From Candidatus Bathyarchaeota archaeon (GTDB taxonomy: Archaea; Thermoproteota; Bathyarchaeia; Bathyarchaeales; Bathycorpusculaceae), in NCBI GenBank assembly GCA_963780185.1, contig CAWABA010000007.1, forward strand, positions 96,001-160,000: a stretch of DNA of 64,000 nucleotides, read 5' to 3'. A program made the position numbers and the translations under genes. Below are positions 10,115-19,722 of the stretch, piece after piece; the stretch's first letter is position 1; each line of letters starts with the position of its first letter. Below the pieces are notes generated by a model that was given only the letters and a program-made list of their open reading frames with translations, searched no databases and had not been told where the DNA came from.

Positions 10115-10759
10115 TTGAGTATGATTCCGAACGACAAGAAAGAGTTGCTTAAAGCAGACTTTAACGAGAAACTGGTTGACCCAGTTAAAATCATCATGTT
10201 TACCCAAGAGGTTGAGTGTCAATATTGCTCTCAAACAAGAGCGTTGGTGCAGGAACTGCCGCCTCTAAGCGATAAGATTTCGTTGGAGGTTCTTGATTTT
10301 GTGGCGAACGCAGCCCGAGCCAAGGAACTGGGAGTAGACAAGATACCTGCTTTGGCGATTGTCGGCAAGAAAGATTATGGCGTGAGAATCTACGGGATCC
10401 CCTACGGGTACGAGCTGCAAACACTTATTGAAGCGTTAATCACCGTTTCAAAAGGCACAACGGACCTGTCAGAAAAAACGAAATCGATTCTTAAAGAAGT
10501 AAAAAACCCAGTCCACATCCAAGTCTTCGTAAGCCTAACGTGCCCCCACTGCCCCACAGCCGCGGCGGTCGCGCATAAATTGGCGGTTGAATGCGAACTG
10601 ATAAAGGCAGACGTCATCGACAGCGGCGAATTCCCCGACCTAGCCATGAAATACAACGTAATAGGCGTCCCCAAAATCATAATCAACGAGAAAATAGAGT
10701 TTGTCGGAGCCTTCAACGAAGACCTATTCGCCGAACACGTCCTCTTAGGCGCCTTCTAA
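10115..10759 (+). CDS. Protein disulfide oxidoreductase (two thioredoxin folds, PDO/AhpF-N-like)
   Basis: CQYC and CPHC motifs, GIPYGYE. Confidence 0.92.
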   Translation: MSMIPNDKKELLKADFNEKLVDPVKIIMFTQEVECQYCSQTRALVQELPPLSDKISLEVLDFVANAARAKELGVDKIPALAIVGKKDYGVRIYGIPYGYELQTLIEALITVSKGTTDLSEKTKSILKEVKNPVHIQVFVSLTCPHCPTAAAVAHKLAVECELIKADVIDSGEFPDLAMKYNVIGVPKIIINEKIEFVGAFNEDLFAEHVLLGAF

Positions 10760-10836
10760 ACGGAGCAGAATAGCGGATCAAAAGAAAACGAAAAAAATAA
10801 ACGCCTAAACCTGAAAGCTCGGCAGTTTCCCTGCTT

Positions 10837-10983
10837 TTAGGCGCCAGCGTATTTTGCGGGGTTTTTGTCGAAGGTTGCTTTGCATGTGGGTGCGCAGAAG
10901 AAGTAGGTTTTGCCTTTGTAGTCGGATTTGAATTTGGCTTTTTTCTCGTCAACCATCATGCCGCAGATTGGATCTTTAACCAT
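10837..10983 (-). CDS. Stand-alone YHS/TRASH domain protein (48 aa)
   Basis: MVKDPICGMMVDEKKAKFKSDYKGKTYFFCAPTCKATFDKNPAKYAGA*; GGAGGTG ribosome-binding site upstream; missed by the track. Confidence 0.9.
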   Translation of the reverse strand: MVKDPICGMMVDEKKAKFKSDYKGKTYFFCAPTCKATFDKNPAKYAGA

Positions 10984-11010
10984 GTCCGTTTTCACCTCCA
11001 AACGTCCATC

Positions 11011-13132
11011 CTAGTAATTACTTTTCTTTGATTTAAATTTAGCAAACTTTAGCAGCGCCGAGTTGCTGACCACGGTTAAGCTGCTTATCGCCATGGCGCT
11101 CGCCGCATACATGGGTCCTTGTGGTCCAAGCAGTCCAGCAGCGGCAACTGGAATCATGATTGAGTTGTAGGCGAAAGCCCAGAACAGGTTCGTGTCGATT
11201 TTACGCATGGTTTTTTTGCTGAGTTCAATTCCTAAGGCTACGTCGCGCAGGTCGTCTCTTATGAGCACTATGCCGCCTGTTTCTTTGGCGATGTCGGTTC
11301 CGCTGCCGATGGCGATGCCGATGTCGGCGGTTGCCAAGGCGGGGGCGTCGTTTATTCCGTCTCCCACCATAGCTACCACTTTGCCTTGCGCTTGCAGCTT
11401 CTTAATGACGTCGGCTTTTTGCCAAGGCAAAACGTTCGCAATCACCTGCGTTATCCCCAACTGATTAGCGATGGCTTGGGCTGTTCGTTCGTTATCTCCC
11501 GTTAGGATTGCAACTTCCAAATTCAAATCTTTCAACTGCTCAATTGCTTCGGCAGCACTCGGCTTTGGAGTATCCATCGCAGCAATTAATCCGACACTTT
11601 TGCCGTCAACAGCCAGAATCATGACGGTTTTTCCCTGCGATTCCAACGACACCAAATCCGCGTCTACCTCGCTGATTGGCACGCCATATTCCTGCATCAA
11701 CTTGCGATTTCCAAGCAGAACCTTTCTTCCTCCGACACTGCACTGCACCCCCCTGCCGGGTAACGCCTCAAAATTGTCGGCTTGTTCAATATGCACTTTG
11801 TCGGATTCAGCCTTCAAAAGTATTGCTTCCGCCAGAGGGTGCTCAGAACCTTTCTCTGCTGCGCCTGCATATTCAAGCACTGATTGTTCGCTGAATCCAT
11901 TGTAGGTTTTGATGTCGGTTACACTTGGCTCGCCCTTAGTCAAAGTCCCGGTCTTGTCGAATATGACTGTCGTCAGCTTTCTTGCTTTCTCGACAAATTC
12001 GCCGCTGCGGAGCAAAACACCATATTCGGCGCCTTTTCCGATGCCTGCAAGAAGAGCTGTCGGGGTTGCTATTCCCAAAGCGCAGGGGCAAGAGATCAAT
12101 ATCACAGCCAACAGCACAAGGAACGCTGTTGCAAAGTTGCCGGTTGTGACGAACCAGTAGGCAAATGAAAGGGCTGCGGCGGTCAAAATTATGGGAACAA
12201 ACCATCTGACAATGCGGTCAGCAAATCTTTGAACGGGTGCGCTTGAAGCCTGCGCTTCTTCCACAAGATGAACAATTTGGCCAAGGGCGGTTTCGTCTCC
12301 GACACGTGTCGCCACAATTGTGAGGAGCCCCGTTTTGTTGATTGTTGCTCCGACAACTTCATTTCCGACAGTTTTCTCAACAGGAATGCTTTCGCCCGTG
12401 AGCAATTTTTCATCAACCGACGAGTACCCTGCAGTTACTCTGCCGTCAACTGGGACTTTTTCACCCGGCTTGACGATAATCGTGTCGCCAACCAGTACTT
12501 GATCAATCGATATGTCGGATTCTTTTCCATCTCTGACCACTCTCGCCATTGTCGGTTGAAGTTCGAGCAGTTTTCGTATTGAGGCGGCGCTGCGGCGTCG
12601 AATTAACTCTTCGATGTATCTGCCCAGCAGCACGAAAGCCAAGATGCCTATGGCAACTTCCATGTATCCTGAGCCCGGCTGTCCAGGCTGTGGGAAGAAT
12701 GAAGACGCTTATTACTCCGTAAATCCAGCCTGCGAGAACTCCGACAGTCACCAGCACATCCATGTTTATGTTGCGGTTTCGAAGCGACTGATACGCACCT
12801 TTGTAGATCCTGTAACCGGCAACCCAGACAATAGGTGTCGACACAATAAGCACTGCAATATCGTAGATTCTTAGGCCTCCGACAACATCAAAATACATTA
12901 TTGCGGTGATAAGACCGAACAGCGTAATCACTTTTAATGCAAGGGCTGCCACTGCGCCAGTCAACGTGAAGGCTACTCGGCGCTGCATCGCTTTGAGTTC
13001 GCGTTCTGGAGCCGTGTAGACGTCGAGGCATTGTTGGCTGCAGAAATAGTAGGTTCGGTCGCCTATTTTGGCGCTGAGGGCTGTTTCTGTGTCAACATCC
13101 ATGCCGCATACGGGGTCTCGTACTGTAACCAT
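11011..13132 (-). CDS. copA: Cu(I)-translocating P1B-type ATPase with N-terminal YHS domain, +1 frameshift near 12675
   Basis: DPVCGM...[35 protein letters not shown] and YN motifs. Track ORFs 12503..13132 and 11011..12663 join if one G is removed (AGSGYMEV). Confidence 0.9.
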
Positions 13133-13330
13133 ATTTTTTCCCGCTTAAGTTTAAGGATAGTTGGTGTTTATAACCATATAAATGTGTCTGAAAAAGATAT
13201 ATCTTTTAAACGTCAAAGCAGGCAAACGGAGAGCCACAGAGACGCCACTTAACTTTCAACAAAAAACTCCCCCAGCGCGGATAACCCAAGGTATAAACCG
13301 CTCAGAAGAGCACGCTAACCGAGAGAGCGC

Positions 13331-13606
13331 CTATTCTACCCGTTTAATTATGTGGTACCCAAACTGTGTCTTAACAGGTTCAGAAGTCTGCCCTTTCTCA
13401 AGCGCAAAAGCGGCTTTTTCAAATTCCTTAACCATTTTGCCCCTTGTGAAAGTGCCAAGGTCTCCGCCGTTCTTTGCAGATGGACATAGGGAAACGTTTT
13501 TGGCTAGGGCGCCGAATTTTTCTCCCTTATCGAGCCGCGCTTTGATGTTTTTGGCTTCTGTCTCTGTTTTGACGAGTATGTGTGCACAATGGACTTTGTC
13601 TGCCAT
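13331..13606 (-). CDS. Parvulin-type peptidyl-prolyl isomerase
   Basis: HILVK, SLCPS..GGDLG and [10 protein letters not shown] motifs. Confidence 0.95.
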   Translation of the reverse strand: MADKVHCAHILVKTETEAKNIKARLDKGEKFGALAKNVSLCPSAKNGGDLGTFTRGKMVKEFEKAAFALEKGQTSEPVKTQFGYHIIKRVE

Positions 13607-13808
13607 AACCGCATTACTCGCCCTTTTGAGATATAACTGTTACCCGCGAATTCAGGCAATTGCCCTTTAGTTCATCAAGATTTGGAGTTTGCCATGATTC
13701 AGAGTTGACTTGCCTCGGGAAATAGGCATGAAAATGTCAAATTGCTTCGCGGTGCTTTTTGGGTTACTTCGAAGTTCGAAGTAGGCGCCTACATAATTGT
13801 TATAACAA

Positions 13809-13940
13809 ATGCAGCCAATAGCTTCTTTCATGGTAACCTCAATTCCCCTCAAGAACATAGAAGAAGAACAGAAAAGCGACCGCGCGACAGTGGAGCAGAT
13901 TTCAAAAGTCATCAGGTTTTTATGGAACATTGAAGACTAA
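13809..13940 (+). CDS. Possible small protein (43 aa)
   Basis: MQPIASFMVTSIPLKNIEEEQKSDRATVEQISKVIRFLWNIED* in an otherwise empty intergenic region; no motif. Confidence 0.25.
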   Translation: MQPIASFMVTSIPLKNIEEEQKSDRATVEQISKVIRFLWNIED

Positions 13941-14078
13941 CCGCAAAAACACCTAAAACAAAAAGATAACGTGTTTGCGATTTTGGATGAAAAAACAAAA
14001 ATTAACTAAAAGAAGGAATTAATCTCTCATTTTCGTTGTTTGAGAGCCACATGCGTAAGTGATTTTGAGTGTTCAGAT

Positions 14079-14258
14079 TTACTCTATTACTTGAATTGCG
14101 CCTTCAGGGCACTGGGCTTCACATGCTCTGCAAACCAAGCATTCGCTTACTTTTGTTGGTGTTGATTTGCCGTTTTTGATTTCGTAGACGCCGACTGGGC
14201 AAGTGTTTACGCATGTTTCGCATCCGGTGCATTTAGGGTCAACAACTATTTTTACCAT
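14079..14258 (-). CDS. 2[4Fe-4S] ferredoxin
   Basis: MVKIVVDPKCTGCETCVNTCP...CLVCRACEAQCP; GAGG upstream of ATG 14258. Confidence 0.93.
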   Translation of the reverse strand: MVKIVVDPKCTGCETCVNTCPVGVYEIKNGKSTPTKVSECLVCRACEAQCPEGAIQVIE

Positions 14259-14319
14259 TTTTTGTCTACCTCTAATTTTCTTGAAAAGCTCGTGAGTAAA
14301 ATAAAAGGTTTTAGGTGTT

Positions 14320-16149
14320 CTAGCGTGTTTTTTCACGTAATCTGAGCAGTATTCCATTCAAAGTTGATTCAGCTTTGTCCCTGTGTTTCTGGTAGTCCCC
14401 GATGTCTTTTTTGTAGGCTTCTATGGAGATTTCGCCTCTGCTCTGTTGGTCTTCTAGGTTCTTGATGTCTTCTTCAGCTTCAGATAGGTCTTCTTCGGCA
14501 GAGTCAAGTTGCTTAATTAAGTCTGAGTAGACGCCGCCTGAGTTTCGCAAGGTTTCCTTTGTTTTGGCAGTGTTCCGCGAGATTGTTTCTAACCGTGTCT
14601 CCATAGCTCCCCGTTGAACTTTGTATTGGCGTCTTGGAATCTTTCCTTTCTGCGCCTTCATATCTAACGATCTGATTTCAGCATGCAACCGTTTTTTGTC
14701 TTCATAGTACTCGGTGAATTCTCTAACGTTAACTGCAGTTGGACGCTGACCAGAAGCAGGTACATTTCTTGGCTCAGCAATTGGCGCTTGTTGCCCGGCT
14801 GGTTGTTCGGTTGCTTCTTCAGCATTGGATTTTGGAGTTGTCGTCTTTACTTTTCTGAAGGCAGATGGTTGTCTTTCGCTTGGTTTGCGTTTCTGGTAGA
14901 CTACGGCGCCTATGCATCCGATGACCGCTACGAGTGAAAGCCAGAAGGTAGGCATGAAAGAGACCCAGATTGGGTTGTAAGTGTAGGAGAATTGGATTGT
15001 GTTGCTTTGGGGCAGGATGTAGTTGAGGAAGGTTATTCCGTTTCCTGTTAATGTTAGGGTGTCTTGGAAGCCGGTTCTTGTAAGGGTGCTGGGCACGTTA
15101 ATCGATGATAACTGCGGCGTTGTGATTGTTGCTCCTTGAGGCGGGTTCAGCGTGAAGCTTGCTTTTTCGACGTAGTAGTTGAAGTATGGGAAAAGCATGA
15201 AGTTACTAAGCGTGTACTGTGCGCCTTTGATGGTTGCGCTTGGCAAATTGTAGCTGGCTGTTATCGTGGTTGATTGGCCAGTTCCCACCAGCGTTATCAA
15301 GGTGAAATTCTCCACTAAAGCGCCGTAGACATGTGAGGCGCCGGCGATTGTAAGCGCGGTGCCGGTTTCATCTTTTATCGCAACGCCTTTCGCGTTAGTG
15401 GGTAAATCCAGGAGAAAAGACTGCATGGAAGAGGTAGAGTTGTTGACGATTCTGTATGTGTCTGAAGCAGACACTTTGCCTGTTGGGTCAACCGTTACTT
15501 GACGGTTCAAATTTGTGACGGCTGCCATCTGTATGGTTTGGTTAGAAAACTGAATACCTGCGGTGGCGGTGGAAGATGTGTAGGCTGGCAGGTTTGGTGT
15601 GATATAGTTCTGTGTGTACACGGTTCCGTCAGTTTTGGTGATGTATATGGATTTAGGGGTGCCTGGAAGGGTTAGGGTGACGTTGCAGCTTCCGATGGTT
15701 TGAGTTAGACCGGGGTAAGCTGGAAAATTAAGGGTGTAGGCGCCTGTGTTAACTTCAGTAACGATGTTGGACAGAACAAATGCTACTGTGAAGACGCTGG
15801 GTGCTTGTCCATTAAAGTTTACTGCTGCACCGTAAAATCCGAAATGGTCACCTAACTGGACTCCTAAGTTTACTTGGTAAACGTGGTTAGAGTCGTATGC
15901 TACTGCGCTGAGGACGTCTGCGCTGTACTGTGCAGGTAACCCGATTGTGAAGCCGTCGGCTACTTGCCCGGAAACGTAAACGGTGTCTTGGAGGACGACT
16001 TGCCCAGTGTACAGGACATTAACCTGATGGTTAACCTGCGTGATGGTGTAGCCTGAGGTTTGGGCAGAAACCGAGCCAGACATGGCGACTGGCACGAAAA
16101 CTAGTAACAACGAAACAATAATCATCAATACTGCATTTGTTCTTTTCAA
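14320..16149 (-). CDS. Ribophorin I-like single-pass membrane protein with C-terminal coiled coil
   Basis: Signal peptide, two beta-rich repeats (HQVNVLYTGQVVLQDT; NRQVTVDPTGKVSASDTYRIVN..LDLP..AIKDETG), one TM helix, helical tail. Confidence 0.6.
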   Translation of the reverse strand: MKRTNAVLMIIVSLLLVFVPVAMSGSVSAQTSGYTITQVNHQVNVLYTGQVVLQDTVYVSGQVADGFTIGLPAQYSADVLSAVAYDSNHVYQVNLGVQLGDHFGFYGAAVNFNGQAPSVFTVAFVLSNIVTEVNTGAYTLNFPAYPGLTQTIGSCNVTLTLPGTPKSIYITKTDGTVYTQNYITPNLPAYTSSTATAGIQFSNQTIQMAAVTNLNRQVTVDPTGKVSASDTYRIVNNSTSSMQSFLLDLPTNAKGVAIKDETGTALTIAGASHVYGALVENFTLITLVGTGQSTTITASYNLPSATIKGAQYTLSNFMLFPYFNYYVEKASFTLNPPQGATITTPQLSSINVPSTLTRTGFQDTLTLTGNGITFLNYILPQSNTIQFSYTYNPIWVSFMPTFWLSLVAVIGCIGAVVYQKRKPSERQPSAFRKVKTTTPKSNAEEATEQPAGQQAPIAEPRNVPASGQRPTAVNVREFTEYYEDKKRLHAEIRSLDMKAQKGKIPRRQYKVQRGAMETRLETISRNTAKTKETLRNSGGVYSDLIKQLDSAEEDLSEAEEDIKNLEDQQSRGEISIEAYKKDIGDYQKHRDKAESTLNGILLRLREKTR

Positions 16150-16271
16150 TTAAATTCACCCAAGTGGAAGTTTGTTTAATGTTGTGTTAGCTTATTTATT
16201 TACTTTACAGTAAGGCAGGTTATATTTAGAACTTGAGCATAAAAACCAGGATAATAAGCCTTCAAAAGTCG

Positions 16272-16517
16272 CTAAATCTTGTTGACTGCCGCCAGCGCCC
16301 GCTCGGCGGTGGATGCACAGAAAAGCAAGTCGTCGATTGTGGCGGTAAATGTGGCAAGTTTGCTTTCGCAGCGAATCACAGTCACCACTTTGTTCTCTTC
16401 AACCGTGGTTTTCACGCGAAGTTTAGGCGGCGCCTTAAAATTGTCAGGTGAAACAGCGTTGGCAACCGCTTCGGCTTGATTCGGGTCAGCGTACTCAAGC
16501 GATATTGTTGCTTCCAA
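16272..16517 (-). CDS. pcc1: KEOPS complex subunit Pcc1
   Basis: AVSPDN and ATIDDLL motifs; conserved position after rps15 and the DHH gene. Confidence 0.85.
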   Translation of the reverse strand: MEATISLEYADPNQAEAVANAVSPDNFKAPPKLRVKTTVEENKVVTVIRCESKLATFTATIDDLLFCASTAERALAAVNKI

Positions 16518-17964
16518 TCTTTTCTCCCTTCAACTGTTTACCGACTAGTTCATTAAAATCTTTAATAAACCCGTTAATTTCGTCAATCGGCACTTGGGCT
16601 CCAGCGGCGATGTTGTGACCTCCGCCTTTGCCGCCGTGGGCTTCCGAAGCTAACCGCATAACTTCGCCGAGGTTTACGCCTTTTCGAATCGCTGCCTCGG
16701 TTGTTCTGCCTGAAAATTTAGCTGCGTTCTCTTTTTCCACGTTGGCGAAGGCGATGAGGGGTTTTTCGTTGTTCATAAGGCTTGAGACGATTATGGATGA
16801 GACGGTGCCGATGATTTTTTCGTTGATGAAGCTTTCGCCGTAGATGACGTAGATGTTTTCGAGTTCACGCATGCGGTCAGGTTTTTCCCCTATCCAGCCG
16901 AGGTACTTGTTGATGTTTTTGCGGTAGTCGTCGAGTATCTTGTTTGATTCTTCAAGAGCGGCTTTGCGGTCGCCCATGCATATGGCTATGCCTAAGCTTG
17001 GCTTATCCATGCGTCCCGTCGAGTTCAAAACGACGGCGAATTCTCTTGCGTCACGCAGCGGGGTGTTGGGTTCTTCTTTAGTCAAAACGTAAATGTAGCC
17101 GATGAGGTTATTCTCAACATCCATATGCAAACCCTTAGACAATAAATGATCCGCCAGAGCTGAACACAGCCGTTTTCTTTCCTCGTCGTTTAAGTCGCTC
17201 AGAGCCCGCGGTTTGCCCTCTTTCGTAAGGGGAATATTTAGGCTTGCCAGAAAAGCTAACGCCTTGTCTTCTTCTCCGCTTAAACCTGGAATAAACGGGT
17301 TAGTGGTGGTTGCCAGCATCTTGTAAATCGGACGGGTTTCCCTACCGAAAAAAGTCAAGTCCTTCTCAACTTTCACCAAGCCAGCTGCGACCGCGTCGTC
17401 AACAATTATTTCGTTGAGGCTGCAGAGTTTTCTTTGGTCATACTTGTCCTGCATGTCGCCCAACGCGCCCACTAAAGCTACAGGGGCTAAATCCACGTTG
17501 GCTGGGTTTACCGCTTTGGAAACGAAGTAGGCGACGCCTGAGCCGCTGACGTCGGAGGCTCCGTCGATCCCGAACATGTGCGGGTTAACCTGAACGAAGT
17601 TAGGGTTGTTGGATGACCCGTTTGCTTGATGGTGGTCAAGAATCAATGCTTTGATGTCAGGAATCTTCTGGTTTAGCATGTCAAGGTAGCCGCTGCCGAA
17701 ATCCGTGAAAATCACAAGCTGCGGTTTGTCCGCGACTATTTGCTCGATGATTTTTTCATCCAGCTGCTGAGTGATCCTGATTCTGAACTTGGCGTTTAGC
17801 CTGAACAGGGTTTTCGCCATGACGCCTGCCGCTGCGATTCCGTCGGCGTCTAAATGTGAGAAGACATGGATGAACCCGTCTTTTTTGGCTGCTTCCAAGA
17901 GGGGTTTAGAGGCTTCCGCTGCAGATGCTAAGAACCGATCTATTGATGCTTGCTGCGCAGCCAT
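16495..17964 (-). CDS. RecJ/Cdc45-like DHH phosphoesterase
   Basis: HLDADG, DFGSG, LDHH and GGGHNIAAGA motifs. Confidence 0.92.
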   Translation of the reverse strand: MAAQQASIDRFLASAAEASKPLLEAAKKDGFIHVFSHLDADGIAAAGVMAKTLFRLNAKFRIRITQQLDEKIIEQIVADKPQLVIFTDFGSGYLDMLNQKIPDIKALILDHHQANGSSNNPNFVQVNPHMFGIDGASDVSGSGVAYFVSKAVNPANVDLAPVALVGALGDMQDKYDQRKLCSLNEIIVDDAVAAGLVKVEKDLTFFGRETRPIYKMLATTTNPFIPGLSGEEDKALAFLASLNIPLTKEGKPRALSDLNDEERKRLCSALADHLLSKGLHMDVENNLIGYIYVLTKEEPNTPLRDAREFAVVLNSTGRMDKPSLGIAICMGDRKAALEESNKILDDYRKNINKYLGWIGEKPDRMRELENIYVIYGESFINEKIIGTVSSIIVSSLMNNEKPLIAFANVEKENAAKFSGRTTEAAIRKGVNLGEVMRLASEAHGGKGGGHNIAAGAQVPIDEINGFIKDFNELVGKQLKGEKIGSNNIA

Positions 17965-18057
17965 CCAAGGTTCACTCTTTGGCTAAAATGCGTGATTAGA
18001 TTTAAAGCTAGGCATCAAACTAAAACAGAAACAGCTTAAAAGAAAGGAAAGAGGCGT

Positions 18058-18498
18058 TTAGGTTACGGAGGCGATTTTTGCTTCGTACTTCCAGTTTTTG
18101 GCGATGACGCCTTCGCGTTTGTAGTATCTTGAAAGCTTGTGGATTCTTGCTTCGATGATTTGCATGTTGCGTTTGTTGTGGAGGTCTTTCTTGTTTTTGT
18201 CGAGGTGAACTGCGAGGCTCTGCGCTTTCTTCATGAGGTTCGTGAGGTCTTCAGGCATCGTTGGGGCTAACCCTGCGCTTTCCAAAACGTCGCTTATGCT
18301 TTTGCCGACGATTGGCTTTGCTAGGGGAATCGCGTATTGATCTCTAAGGATCGTGCCTATGCTGCTCAGTGAATGGCCTTCTTTAGCCAATTTTATTATG
18401 AATGATTCAACTTCTTCAGGCTGATACTTGCACCAGCTTGGAGGACGCCTGCTGACTGGGCGAATAGAATGGGATTTTCCTTTTTCCTGCTTTGGCAA
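18058..18498 (-). CDS. rps15: 30S ribosomal protein S15 (uS15/S13e)
   Basis: GKSHSIRP, IGTILRDQY, PEDL and KIHKLSRYYK-like motifs. Confidence 0.96.
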   Translation of the reverse strand: MPKQEKGKSHSIRPVSRRPPSWCKYQPEEVESFIIKLAKEGHSLSSIGTILRDQYAIPLAKPIVGKSISDVLESAGLAPTMPEDLTNLMKKAQSLAVHLDKNKKDLHNKRNMQIIEARIHKLSRYYKREGVIAKNWKYEAKIASVT

Positions 18499-18595
18499 AT
18501 GTTACACCTTAAACTGCACCTAAACCACACCGCGCCAATATTTAAAAGTAATCCTGTTGAGAAGCTGTTCGGGATAGAAAGGTCTTTTGTCTTAG

Positions 18596-19432
18596 TTATT
18601 GCACAAGTTTTGTCTCTGACGTTTCCTTTGTCAGAGTTGATGAATCTTCTGATTGATCCCAGATGGCTTCAAAGTATGTTTTCATTACCTTCAAGAGTTG
18701 AGGATGATTTGACCAAAGGCTCGGTATAGGTACACCCGCCGCTAAAGATACGCATAAATCCACTTCTGTTCCGTCGTAGATTGTGACCTCAGTTGGCACG
18801 GGAGAAGGAAGATATCTAATCTCGAACATTTGATTCGCCTGTAGACTTTCAATGATTTTCTGTGTCGACGGGTCATCTTCATGTTTCTCTGTAACTATTC
18901 GCATATTCACACCTTTGCCGAAAGTTCGCTTCAGGTCATTTTGGGCTTCAACCACTGCTGCACTAAATGCTCGCCAGTTCGCGATACCGTCTATAGTTCT
19001 CTTAGCTTTATGAAGCCTATCTGTGAAGGATCTGAGAAAAAGTTTCTCAGACGAGCAGATGACAAACTGGGGATCAACCTGCTGTGGAGGCGTTTTAAGG
19101 TTGCTGTCCTGAATGCTTTTAAGAGCAGTTGTTGCTTCTTCTTGCAGGTTCAGGTACTCCTGTCTCTTGTTTTGCATCAGAAACCAGAATCCTTCTCGCA
19201 GGGGGGTAGCTCTGTACATTATAGGGTCACCCACTATTTTCTCCGCCAACCCTAACTTTTCAAGCGACAGCATTACTCGGTACACGTCTGAGCGGTAAGA
19301 ATTTGAAGCTTTGGCGATTGTTTTCACTCCAACCGTTCCAAGTATGGTAAGGTTGATGTAAGTTGTCGCCTGCAAACGGGTAAGTCCCAAGTTAATCAAT
19401 GCGGGAACGCAAGTGTTGTTTTTTTGGCTCAT
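18596..19432 (-). CDS. TrmB-family transcriptional regulator
   Basis: LGLTRLQATTY...RSDVYRVMLSLEKLGLAEK HTH plus C-terminal IYDGTEV...YFEAIW effector domain; start placed at ATG 19432. Confidence 0.85.
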   Translation of the reverse strand: MSQKNNTCVPALINLGLTRLQATTYINLTILGTVGVKTIAKASNSYRSDVYRVMLSLEKLGLAEKIVGDPIMYRATPLREGFWFLMQNKRQEYLNLQEEATTALKSIQDSNLKTPPQQVDPQFVICSSEKLFLRSFTDRLHKAKRTIDGIANWRAFSAAVVEAQNDLKRTFGKGVNMRIVTEKHEDDPSTQKIIESLQANQMFEIRYLPSPVPTEVTIYDGTEVDLCVSLAAGVPIPSLWSNHPQLLKVMKTYFEAIWDQSEDSSTLTKETSETKLVQ

Positions 19433-19722
19433 CTTATCTCTCCTGCGACTATGCGCATTCTTTTCGGTTCCTCTAAAGAATTGGACTGTTATTTGTTTTT
19501 TCCCGAACGTCTCCCAAATCTTCGGCAAATACAGGATTTTTTGCTGCCTGCAACCAATCCTTGACGTCGATTTTTTTGTGCGGACAAACGATTATCAAAA
19601 TTCTCAACAAGAAATGATTGACCCAGTACCCGCCCGTCGCAAGTTAGCTGTCTGATGGGGCAGTGGGTGACCTGTAAGAGTGGGGTACTCTAACAAACGC
19701 TTAAACCACTTTTCCTAATCTA

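Noticed and set aside
12660-12690. Programmed frameshifting in copA, trxB or the beta-propeller gene
   Set aside because: No slippery heptamer or shared context; a sequencing indel is simpler.
13667-13933. Track ORFs 13667..13930 (-) and 13742..13933 (+), and the many short antisense ORFs inside long genes
   Set aside because: No motifs; they are shadows of real genes or chance ORFs.
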